This document shows positions 40,701-52,700 of a DNA stretch of 64,000 bases, piece after piece (within the stretch, counting starts at the first letter, position 1; each line of letters starts with the position of its first letter). The notes under the pieces are model-generated. The model did no database searches. It was not told the DNA's origin and saw only the letters and a program-made list of their open reading frames with translations. The stretch covers positions 36,644,001 through 36,708,000 of the forward strand of contig CM059432.1 in NCBI GenBank assembly GCA_030390025.1, in the 5' to 3' direction. Position numbers and translations under genes: made by a program. Source of the stretch: Squalus acanthias. Its lineage: Eukaryota.

Positions 40701-43700
40701 TAGCACCAGTACTGACCGAGCTGGCCGAGTCCAGAAGGACATAACTGCTAGTTTAGGCCTGCGACAGGTGGTGAGAGAACCAACACGAGGGGGAAAAACC
40801 TACTTGACCTCGTCCTCACCAATCTACCTGTCGCAGATGCATCTGTCCATGACAGCATTGGTGGCATTGACCACCGCACAGTCATTGTGGAGACGAAGTC
40901 CCGTCTTCACACTGAGGACACCCTCCATCGTGTTGTGTGGCACTACCACCATGCTAAATGGGATAGATTCAGAACAGATCTAGCAGCTCAAAACTGGGCA
41001 TCCATGAGGCACTGTGGGGCAGCAGCAAAATTGTATTCCACCACAATCTGTAACCTCATGGCCCGGCATATCCCTCACTCTACCATTACCACCAACAAGG
41101 AGTGCAGAAGAGCATGCCAGGAGCAGCACCAGTCGTACCTAAAAATGAGGTGCCAACCTGCGGAAGCAGCAAGCTATAGACACAGCTAAGCGATCCCACA
41201 ATCAACGGATCAGATCAAAGCTCTGCAGTCCTGCCACATCCAGTCGTGAATGGTGGTGGACCATTAAACAACTAACGGGAGGAAGAGGCTCCAAGAATAT
41301 CCCCATCGTCAATGATGGTGGAGCCCAACATGTGAGTGCAAAAGACAAGGCTGATGTGTTTGCAACCAACTTCAGCCAGAAGTGCCGAGTGGATGATCCA
41401 TATCGGCCTACTCCCGAGGTCCCCACCATCACAGAAGCCAGTCTTCAGTCAATTCGATTCACTCCATGTGATATCAAGAAACGGCTGAGTGCACTGGATA
41501 CAGCAAAGGCTATGGGCCCCGACAACATCCCGGCTATCGTGCTGAAGACTTGTGCTCCAGAACTAGCCGCGCCTCTAGACAAGCTGTTCCAGTACAGCTA
41601 CAACACTGGCATCTATCCGACAATGTGGAAAACTGCCCGGTTATGTCCTGTCCACAAGAAGCAGGACAAATCCAACCCGGCCAATTACCGCCCCATCAGT
41701 CTACTCTCAATCATCAGCAAAGTGATGGAAGGTGTCATCGACAGTGCTATCAAGCGGCACTTACTCACCAATAACCTGCTCACTGATGCCCAGTTTGGGT
41801 TCCCGACCTCATTACAGCCTTGGTCCAAACATGGTCAAAGGAGCTGAATTCCAGAGGTGTGGTGAGAGTGACTGCCCTTCACATCAAGGCAGCATTTGAC
41901 AGAGTCTGGCATCAAGGAGCCCTAGTAATACTGAAGTCAATGGGAATCAGGGGGAAACTCTCCACTGGCTGGAGTCATACCTAGCACAAAGGAAGATGGT
42001 TGTGGTGGTTGAAGGTCAATCATCACAGCCCCAGGACATCGCTGCAGGAGTTCCTCATGGCAGTGTCCTAGGCCCAACCATCTTCAGCTGCTTCATCAAT
42101 GACCTTCCCTCCAACATAAGGTCAGAAATGGGGATGTTCGCTGATGACTGCACAGTGTTCAGCGCCATTCACAACTCCTCAGATAATGAAGCAGTCCATG
42201 CCTGCATGCAACAAGACCTGGATGACGTTCAGGCTTGGGCTGATAAGTGGCAGGTAACATTCGCGCCACAGAACTGCCAGGCAATGACTATCTCCAACAA
42301 GCGAGAGTCTAACCACCTCCCCATGGCATTATTATCGCTGAATCCCCCACTGTCAACATCCTGGGGGTCACCATTAACCAGAAACTTAACTGGACCAGCC
42401 ACATAAACACTGTGGCAACAAGAGCAGGTCAGAGGCTAGGTATTCTGCGGCAAGTGTCTCACCTCCTGACTCCCCAAAGCCTTTCTACCATCTACAAGGC
42501 ACAAGTAAGGAGTGTGATGGAATACTCTCCACTTGCCTGGATGAGTGCAGCTCCAACAACACTCAAGAAGCTCGACACCATCCAGGACAAAGCAGCCCGC
42601 TTGATTGGCACCCCAAACACCACGCTAAACATTCACTCCCTCCACCACCGGCGTACCGTGGCTGCAGTGTGTACCATCTACAAGATGCACTGCAGCAACT
42701 CGCCAAGGCTTCTTCGGCAGCATCTTCCAAACCCGCGACCTCTTCCACCTAGAAGGACAAGGGCAGCAGAGGCATGGGAACACCATCACCTCCAAGTTCC
42801 CCTCCAAGTCACACACCATCCTGACTTGGAAGTATATCGCTGTTCCTTCATCATCACTGGGTCAAAATCCTGGAACTCCCTCCCTAACAGCACTGTGGGA
42901 GTACCTTCACCACACGGACTGCAGCGGTTCAAGAAGGCGGCTCACCACCACCTTCTCAAGGGCAACTAGGGATGGGCAATAAATGCTGGCCTTACCAGCG
43001 ACGCCCAGATCCCATAAGTGAATAAAAAAAAGGTTAAATGTGACAAAGGAAGACTTTTAATATACTAGCAGATCTTCCATGGCATTGCTTGTGATATTGC
43101 CCAGGGAACACTTGTTGGTATCAGGGGTGGTCCTGGGATTCAGCAGTACTGCAGTCGGAATCCCAGGGTCTAGCAGTTCTTTGAGGTGGGATACCAGGGC
43201 CAGGGAGGGGGTTCCTGGGTACGGCAGAGTAGTGGTTACGTTACTGAACTAGCAATCCAGAGGCCTGGACTAATAATCCAGAGACCATGAACTCACTGGT
43301 TCACTAATAGGGTACATCCTGGGATTGTTGGGAGGGGATTCCTGGGACCTAGAGGTATTGGGGAGGGACTTCTCTTAGGTCTGGGGGCATTGGGAGTGGT
43401 TACAGGATATGGGGGGCACTGGGAATGCAGGGGTTGGTGAGCATTGAGGGGGTGTCTGAGGAACGAGGGGTTTAGGAGCATTAGGGGTTGCTGCGATCTG
43501 GCAGCCTCGGATGGAGCAGGGTCCCTTTGTGATGGACAGGAGCCCAGGTGAATAGGAACCAAACTGCCATTGACCCTTCTCCAACCATCAGGCCCCCCAA
43601 CCACCATGTCAGGTACTCCCCATCAACACTTTCCCCACCCTCAGCCAGTTCCCACCGTCAAAATTTAAGCGGAAATTTTCTGCTAGTTAAAATTAATGGA

Positions 43701-46700
43701 CAGAAAATCACGGTCTTAGGGCGGGGTTGCGATTTCCTAATATGTACACCAGAAACGCACAATTATTGAGTTGCACTCCGTCCAGCACCAAACGTTCACT
43801 TCCTCAACCACCAGTGCACCGTGTCTGCAGTGTGTACCATCTAAACAGAGCGGGATTAAAACGGAGTGTACTCAGAGTGTTTTATTTGGGAATTTGGAAA
43901 GAGTGGGAATTCGGAGAAGAGGGGGAAGGAGTTGCTGTTCTTTGCCTACACTACTTGTAGTGCTTTGTGTTACATGTAGATATTTAATTTCAGTACCCAT
44001 AACTTAATCTAGATCAAGTAAACAGTCAAGAAACTACACTGTAAACTAAGTTACCTAATTACAAATTAAATTAAATTTAACTAAATAAAACAAGGTCATA
44101 TAGGGATGGCAGTGCAGGTGGTGTGCCGCAACTGCAGCATGTGGGAGTTGGATGAGGGGACCAAATGTAATATATCCAAGTTTGCTGATGATACAAAGCT
44201 GGGTGGGGTTGTAAGTTGTGAGGAGGATGCAAGGAGGCTTCAAGGGGATATAGACAGGTTAAGTGAGTGGGCAAGAACATGGCAAATAGAATATAATGTG
44301 GAGAAATGTAAAGTTATCCACTTTGGTAGGAAAAATAGAAAAGCAGAGTATTTTTTAAATGGCGAGAGATTGAGAAATGTTGGTGTTCAGAGGGAACTGG
44401 GTGTCCTTGTACACGAATCACTGAAAGTTAACATGCAGGGACAGCAAGCAATTAGGAAAGCAAATGGTATGTTGGCCTTTATTACAAGAGGATTTGAGTA
44501 TAAGAGTAAAGACGTCTTACTGCAATTATATAGGGCCCTGGTGAGACCACACCTGGAGTATTGTGTACAGTTTTGGTCTCCTTACCTAAGGAAGGATATA
44601 TTTGCCATAGAGGGAGTGCAACCAAGGTTCACCAGACTGGTTCCTGGGTTGGGGGGATTATCCTATGAGGAGAGATTGAGTAGGCTAGGCCTATATTCTC
44701 CATAGAGTTTAGAAGAATGAGAGGTGATCTCTTTGAAACATACAAAATTCTTACAGGGCTTGACAGGGTAGATGCAGGGAGGATGTTTCCCCTGGCTGGG
44801 GAGTCTAGAACCAGGGGTCACAGTCTCAGAATAAGGGGTCGGTCATTTAGGACTGAGATGAGGAGAAATTTCTTCACTTAGAAGGTGGTGAATCTTTGGA
44901 ATTCTCTACCCCAGAGGGCTGTGGAGGTTCAGTCGTCGAGTATATTCAAGACAGAGATCGATAGATTTTTGAATATTAAGGGAATCAAGGGATATGGGGA
45001 TAGTTCAAGAAAGTGGAGATGAGGTAGAAGATCAGCCATGATCTTATTGAATGGCGGAGCAGGCTTGAAGGGCCAAATGGCCTACTCCTGCTCTTATTTC
45101 TTATGTTCTTATGTGGGAGTTTGTGGAGAGCATTATGATCCCGGACAACCACGTTTGCAGTAAGTGCCTGCATCTTGAGGAACTTCAGCTCAGAATTTTT
45201 GAGCTGGAGTCTGAGGTGCAGACATTGCGGGGCATCAGGGATGGGGAGAGTTACCTGGACACTTTGATCCAGGAGACAGTCACACCCCTTAGGTTAGGTA
45301 GTGGTGCAGGTCTGGTTAGTGGTCAGGGACAGGAGGGTGTGACTGCAACTTAGGCAGGTAAGGGGAACCCAGGTGCAGTGCTGGAGGAGCCTCAGCCTTT
45401 GCCATTGTCCAACAGGTATGAGGTTCTTGCTGCCTGTGTGGATGAGGGAAAAGCCTGCAGGATGGATGAGCAAGCTGACCATGGCACCATGGTGCAGGAG
45501 GCCATTCAAGTGGGGGAAGTGAAAGGGAATCTAGTTGTGGTAGGGGACAGTATAGTCAGGGGAATAGATACTGTTCTCTGCAGCCGCGACCTAGAGTTCC
45601 AAAGGTTGTGTTGCCTACCCGGTGCCAGGGTTAAAGACATCTCCTCGCAGCTGGAGGAGAACTTGGAGTGGGAGGGGAAGGATCCAGTTGTCGTGGTCCA
45701 TGGAGGAACCAACGACATATGAGGAATGAGGTTCTGGTGAGGGAGTTTGAGGAGCTAGGATCCAAATTAAAAAGCAGAACCTCAAAATGTAATAATCTCT
45801 GGATTGTTACCTGAGCCACACGCAAATTGGCATAGGGACAAACAGATTAGAGGTTTAAATGCGTGGCTTAAAGAGTGGTGTGCGAGGAAGGGGTTTCAGT
45901 TCATGGGGCACTGGCACCAGTACTGGGGAAAGAGGGAGCTGTTTTGTTGGGATGCGTTCCACTTAAACTTAAGAAGGCATACGGAATGCTTGCCTTTATT
46001 AGCCGTGGCATAGAATACAAGAGCAGGGGGGTTATGCTTCAACTGTATAAAACACTAGTTAGGCCTCAGCTAGAGTACTACATGCAGTCCTGGTCACCAC
46101 ATTACAGGAATGATGTGATTGCACTAGAGAGGGTACAGAGGAGATTTACAAGGATATTGCCGGGAGTAGAAAATCTTTGCTACGAGGAAAGACTGGATAG
46201 GCTGGTTCTGTTTTCCTTGGAACAGAGAAGGCTGAGGGGAGACCTTATTGAGGTGTATAAAATTGAGGGGCATAGATAAAGTGGATAGGAAGGACCTATT
46301 TCCCTTAGCAGAGGGGTCAAAAACCAGGGGGCACAGATTTAAAGTAATTGGGGGAAGGTTTAGAGGGGATTTGAGGGGAAATTTCTTCACCCAGAGGGTT
46401 GTGGGGGTCTGGAACTCACTGCCTGAAAGGGTGGTAGAGGCAGGAACCCTAACCACATTTAAAAAGTACTTGGATGTGCACTTGGGATGCTCTAACCTGC
46501 AGGGCTACGGACCAAGAGCTGGGAAGTGAGATTAGGCTGGATAGCTTTTTGTTGGCCGGCACAGACACGATGGGCCGAAATGGCCTCCTTCCGTGCTGTA
46601 AATTTCTATGATTCTATGATTAAACTGGGCTGGGATCAGTGTCCTGGCGAACTGAATAACTAGGGCAGAAGACAGGGCTTTAAACTAATGAAGCGGGGGG

Positions 46701-49700
46701 TGGGAGGATTTAGGAAAGAGTAAATTTAAAAGCACCGAGAGAAATGTCAAGGCTCTAGAGCAGAATAGAGTTTTGGGGAAAAATAAGCAGAGTGGGTCAG
46801 GAAAGGACAGAGAGAGTAACAAACGTAATAAGGCATCAGTGACTAAGGTGACATCAGGGAAAAATAGAAATAAGTCAAAGCTAAAGGCACTATATCTGAA
46901 TGAGCGAAGTATTCGCAACAAAATTGATGAATGAATAGGTTTGATCTAATAGTCATTACGGAGATGTGGTTGCAAAGTGACCAAGGTTGGGAACTAAATA
47001 TTCCAGGATACTTAACTTTTAGAAGAGATAGGCAAAATGGAAAAGGAGGAGGTGTAGCCCTGATAATAAAGGATGGGATAAAGACAGTAGAGAGAAAGGA
47101 TCATAGCTCCAAAAATCAAGAAGTAGAATCAGTTTGGGTGGAGCTAAGAAACAGCAAGGGGCAGAAAATATTGGTGGGAGTTGTTTATCAGCCCCCAAAC
47201 AGTAGTTGTAATGTAGGGCAGAGTATGAATCAGGAAATTAGAGGCGCATGTAACAAGGGTAATACAGTGATCATGGGGGACTTTAATCTACATATAGACT
47301 GGGCAAACCAAATTTGCAGTAATAGTGTGGAGGACGAATTCATGGAGTGTATGCAAGATAGTTTTCTAGATCAGCATGTTGAGGAACCAACTGGGGAACA
47401 GGCCATTTTAGATCTAGTATTGTGCAACGAGAAAGGATTAATTAATAACCTTGTAGTAAAGGGGCCTTTAGGGAAGAGTGACCATAATATGATAGAATTT
47501 TATTGAGTTTGAAAGTGATTTAGTTAAATCCGAAACTAGGGTCTTAAATCTAAACAAAGCAAACTACGTAGGTATGATGGGTGAGTTGGCTAAGGTAGAT
47601 TGGGAAACTACATTAAAAGGTATGATGGTAGAGAAGCAATGGCTAGCATTTAAAGAATTAATACATAATTTACAACAAATGTACATTCCTTTAAGGCACA
47701 AAAACCCCACAGGAAAAGTGGTCCAACAAGAGAAGTTAAAGATAGTATCAGATCAAAGGAAGAGGCTTATTATGTTGCCAAAAAGAGTAGTAAGCCTGAG
47801 GATGGGAGGATTTTAGAATTCAGCAAATGAGGACCAAGAAATTGATAGAGGGGGAAAATAGAACATGAGAGCAAACTAGCGAGAGACATAAAAACAGACT
47901 GTAAAAGCTTCGATAGGTATGTAAAAAGGAAAAGATTAGTGAAAGTAAGTGTGGGTCCCTTACAGGTGGAGACAGGAGAAATTATAATGGGGAATAAAGA
48001 AATGGCAGAGAAATTAAACAAATACTTTGTGTCTGTCTTCACGGAAGAAGACGCAAAAAACTTGCCAGAAATAGTGGAGAACCAAGGGTCGAGCGAGAAT
48101 GAGGAACTGAAAGAAATTAGTATTAGTAAAAAAAAATAGTACTGGAGAAATTAATGGGACTGAAAGCCGTTAAATCCCCTGGACCTGATGGCCTACATTC
48201 TAGGGTTTTGAAAGAGGTGGCTATAGAGATAGTGGAGATTTTGGTTGTCATTTTCCAAAATTCCATAGATTCTAGATCCCGCGGATTGGAAGGTAGCAAA
48301 TGTAACCCCATTATTTAAGAAAGGCGGAAGAGAGAAAAGGGGGAACTACAGACCAGTTAGCCTGAAATCAATAGTAGGGAAAATGTTAGAATCTATTATT
48401 AAGGACGTGGCAACAGGGCACTTAGAAAATAATAATAGGATTGGGCAGAGTCAACACGGATTTATGAAAGGGAAATCATGTTTGACGAATCTGTTAGAGA
48501 TTTTTTGAGGTTGTAACTAGCAGAATAAATAAGGGGGAACCAGTGGATGTGGTGTATTTGGATTTTTAGAAGGCATTCGATAAGGATTAAGGATTGGTTA
48601 ATGGACAGAAAACAGAGTGTACAAATAAATGGGTCATTTTCGGGTTGGCAGGCTGTAACTAGCGGGGTACCACAAGGATCAGTGCTTGGGCCTCAGCTAT
48701 TCACAATCTATATCAATGATTTGGATGAGGGGACCAAATGTAATATATCCAAGTTTGCTGATGATACAAAGTTGGGTGGGGATGTAAGTTGTGAGGAGGA
48801 TGCAAAGAGGCTTCAAGGGGATATAGACAAGCTACATGAGTAGGCAAGAACATGGCAAATGGAATATAATGTGGAGAAATGTGAAATTATCCACTTTGGT
48901 AGGAAAAATAGAAAAGCAGAGTATTTTTTAAATGGTGAGAGATTGGGAAATGTTAGTGTTCAGAGGGGCCTGGGTGTCCTTGTACACAAATCACTGAAAG
49001 TTAACATGCAGGTACAGCAAGCAATTAGGAAAGTAAATGGTATGTTGGCCTTTATTACAAGAAGATTTGAGTATTAAAGGCATCTTACTGCAATTATATA
49101 GGGCCCTGGTGAGACCACACCTGGAGTATTGTGTAGTTTTGGTCTCCTTACCCAAAGAAGGATACACTTGCCATAGAGGGAGTGCAACAAAGGTTCACCA
49201 GACTGATTCCTGGGATGAGGGTGATTGTCCTATGGAGGAGAGATTGAGTAGACTAGGCCTAGATTCTCTAGAGTTTAGAAGAATGAGAGGTGATCTCATT
49301 GAAACAAACAAAATTCTTACAGGGCTTAACAGAGTAGATGCAGAGAGGATGTTTCCCCTGGCTGGGGAGTCTAGAACCAGGGGTCACAGTCTCAGAATAA
49401 GGGGTCGGCCATTTAGGACTGAGATGAGGAGAAATTGCTTCACTCAGAGGGTGGTGAATCTTTGGAATTCTATACCCCAGAGGGCTGTGGAGGCTCAGTC
49501 GTTCAGTATATTCAAGACAGAGATCAATAGATTTTTGGATATTAAGGGAATCAAGGGACATGGGGATAGTGCAGGAAAGTGGAGATGAGGTAGAAGATCA
49601 GCCATGAACCTATTGAATGGCGGAGCAGGCTCGAAGGGCCAAAGGGCCTACTGCTGCTCCTATTTCTTATGTTCTTATGTACAACAGCAACGCCAAGGCT

Positions 49701-52700
49701 TCTTCAACAGCGCCTCTCAAACCTACGACCTCTAGCACCTGGAAGGACAAGGGCAGCAGGTGCATGGGAACACCACCTCCACATTCCCCTCCAAGTCACA
49801 CACCATCATGACTTTGAAATATATCGCCGTTCCTTCATCGTCACTGGGTCAAAAACCTGGAACTCCCTCCCTAACAGCACTGTGGGAGTAACTTCACCAC
49901 ACGGACTGCAGCGGTTCAAGGCAACAGCTCACTACCACCTTCTCAAGGGCAATTAGGGATGGGCAATAAATGCTGGCCTTGCCAGCGACACCCACATCTC
50001 ATGAATGAATAAAAAACTTATTCAATCGTCAGAAATTCCATGAACAAACTAAAATTACCTCACAATACACTGAAAATTCATCATTTAAGTACTTTCCAAG
50101 TTGTTAAGTTAAAAATAAATTAAGCTTTAAAATTGGTTCAGGTGCAAATTTTTAACTGCGCATATACAACCAAAATAGATGAAAAAAAAGGAATTTTCTA
50201 TAACAATGTTTTATTTTCTAACCATCAACAAAAACCCCACAAACTGCTACTGCTGTCGGTCATGATAACAGCTGCTCACACGTGCTGCTTGTATTTTTCT
50301 GTGAAGAGTTTGTAATAGAAAGCAAAAATGTTAATATATTTATACAATTTCATCACTTGCTGAAATAAATGCTTTGAGATTTCAAACTCCAGCTTCTTCT
50401 AAAATCTTTTGGATAAACAGTAAAGAAGCTCTCAGTTTCTCATGAGGAGGGGACACACCCTTGAACTGATGGTGCACAGATTGCAGGCTGGGGAAATTCT
50501 TCAAACTGTACACGCTCTGACTTAACGACCGAATATTTAGTTGAAGCCACAGGCTTTTCAGACAGGTTATCAGTGTTACCAACTCGAGACATAAAAATGG
50601 AGGTAAATATATGAGTCAGGGTTCCCACCCAATAGGGATTCAGTAGCCCCAACCAAAGTTCTGAGCAAGCACTGGATCAGGCTTAGCGGAGAAGCCCTCC
50701 ACAGTTGAATATCCTGCTGACACTCACCATCTAGGCTGCACTGGTAAGGGAGGGCACCTTTAGGAAGGGGAGAAAGTAGAAATTAATTGACAAGAAATCC
50801 AGTGAAGCAGGGAACTGAATGCTTTCCAGGAAGGGAGGATGGACAGTCAGGATGTCTGGGGTTGGTCCAACTTATTTTCTACCTATCTCTGTCCAGAATT
50901 TCCCCATCTCTGCTGAAAGTGCTGGTTCTTGCTGGGGTATGGCTTCATGAGTGCCGACAAACTTCCAGTACCTCACCTAAGAGGCCATTCTTTATCTGTG
51001 AGCATAGAGACAGTGAATGCTGGAGGCATTACAGCCAAGAACATCTTCTCATCAGGCATCCACATGCACACACTTTCCAGCAGGGGTCAGTGATTAGTGA
51101 TCAGGCTCACAAGGCTAACTGCAGCGCAAGTCAACCGCTTCCCCAGCTGAGATCAGTTAACTCTGCACAGATCTAACCAGGAGCCTCTGGATCATCTGTA
51201 TGAGTCAGTTATTCATCAGAGAAACAAGCTCATTAAATATTCTTTAAAAGGGATGAAGGATGCTGAACAGTGTACGGCGGTGCTGGTGGGTATTGTTCGA
51301 CATCAGGTATCCTGCATGTTGATATTGAAAAAAATCCATTTATAGGGTGTCTTATCATGCGTCTTAGAAACATCCCACAGCACCTCACAATGAATTACCA
51401 GAAGTAATCACAGTTACTGTGTAGACAAACATGACAGCCATTTCGCACACAGCAAGATCCCCACAAACAACACTGACCAGTTAATCTGTTGTTGGTGGTA
51501 TTGGCCGAGGGAGCAATGTTGGCCAGAACACCGCGGGAGCTCCTCCTCAAGTACTGTCATCCAATCTTCAACACCCACCTGAATGGTTTAAAGTCTCATT
51601 CAAAAGATGATGCAGCATTCCCTCTGTACTGCACTGGGTCAAGATTATGTGGTCAAGTGGGGCTTGAACCTTCTGACTTAGAGGCGAGAATGCTACCAAC
51701 AGAGCCAAGCTAACACTGAAGTTGCAGCATCCCCAATGTTGAGGACTATCAGGGCCACTCCCTCCAAACTGCATACCACTGTGCAGCCACCTCTGGTGGG
51801 TCTGCCCTGCCGGTGGGAAGGCCACGGATGGTGATGCGACATGGGATGATGGGTATGATTCTGTGCGTATGACTAGGTCAGACTGTTGCTTGACTAGTCT
51901 GTAGGATTGCTCTTCCAAGTTTGGCACAAGTCCCCAGATGTTAGTGAGGAGGACTTTGCAGGGTCAACTGGCTGGGTGTGCCTTTGTCGTGTCCGAATCC
52001 AATGCCTAGGTCGATGTCTGTCTGGTTTTATTCTTATTGTACTTTTCTGTAGCTGTTTGTTACAACTGAGTGGCTTGCTAGGCCATTTCAGAGGGAACTT
52101 AAGAGTCAACCACAGTGCTGTGGGTCTGGAGTCACTTATAGGCCAGACCGGGTAAGGACGGCAGGTTTCTTTCCCTAAAGGGCCAGTTGGGTTTTTACGA
52201 CAATCCAATAGCTTCATGCTCACCATTACTGATACTAGCTTTTTATTCCAAATTTATTGCTCTTCACTGTAGCGAAGACATTCCCACGACCTCCCCTGAA
52301 CATTAATATGCTGCATGTCAGCATACATCACGTCCTTCTACTGCTTTACCAAGTTGCACGTGTCAGCTTGGCTCAGGCGATAGCGCTCTTGTCACTGAGT
52401 CAGAAGGTTGTGGCTTCAAGCCCCACTCCAGGAATTGAGCACGTAATCTATAGAACCTTGCAAAGATTAGTGGTAGGCCAGAGGATTGGGAATTTTTTGT
52501 AAAACCAGCAAAGGATGACTAAAAAAATAAAAGAGTGAGATGATAGATTATGAGAGTAAACAGAGCATCTACAGGTATATAAAAAGGTAGAGAGTAGCTA
52601 AAGTAAACGTTGGTCCCTTAGAGAATGAAACTGGGGAATTAATAATGGGAAACAGGGAAATGGCAGAGACTTTGAACAAATAATTTGTATCAGTCTTCAC

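Larger units (their letters stand above)
43845..49679 (+). mobile_element. Near full-length CR1 LINE (5' UTR; ORF1 zinc finger/coiled coil plus SGNH-type esterase; ORF2 APE-RT), disrupted
   Basis: ORF1 [76 protein letters not shown] 46931-47506; RT to 49588; (TTCTTATG)n tail. Confidence 0.92.

Noticed and set aside
43085..43620. G-rich stretch with proline-rich minus-strand ORFs
   Set aside because: Low-complexity, probably repeat-internal sequence with a SINE head fragment inside; no protein motif.
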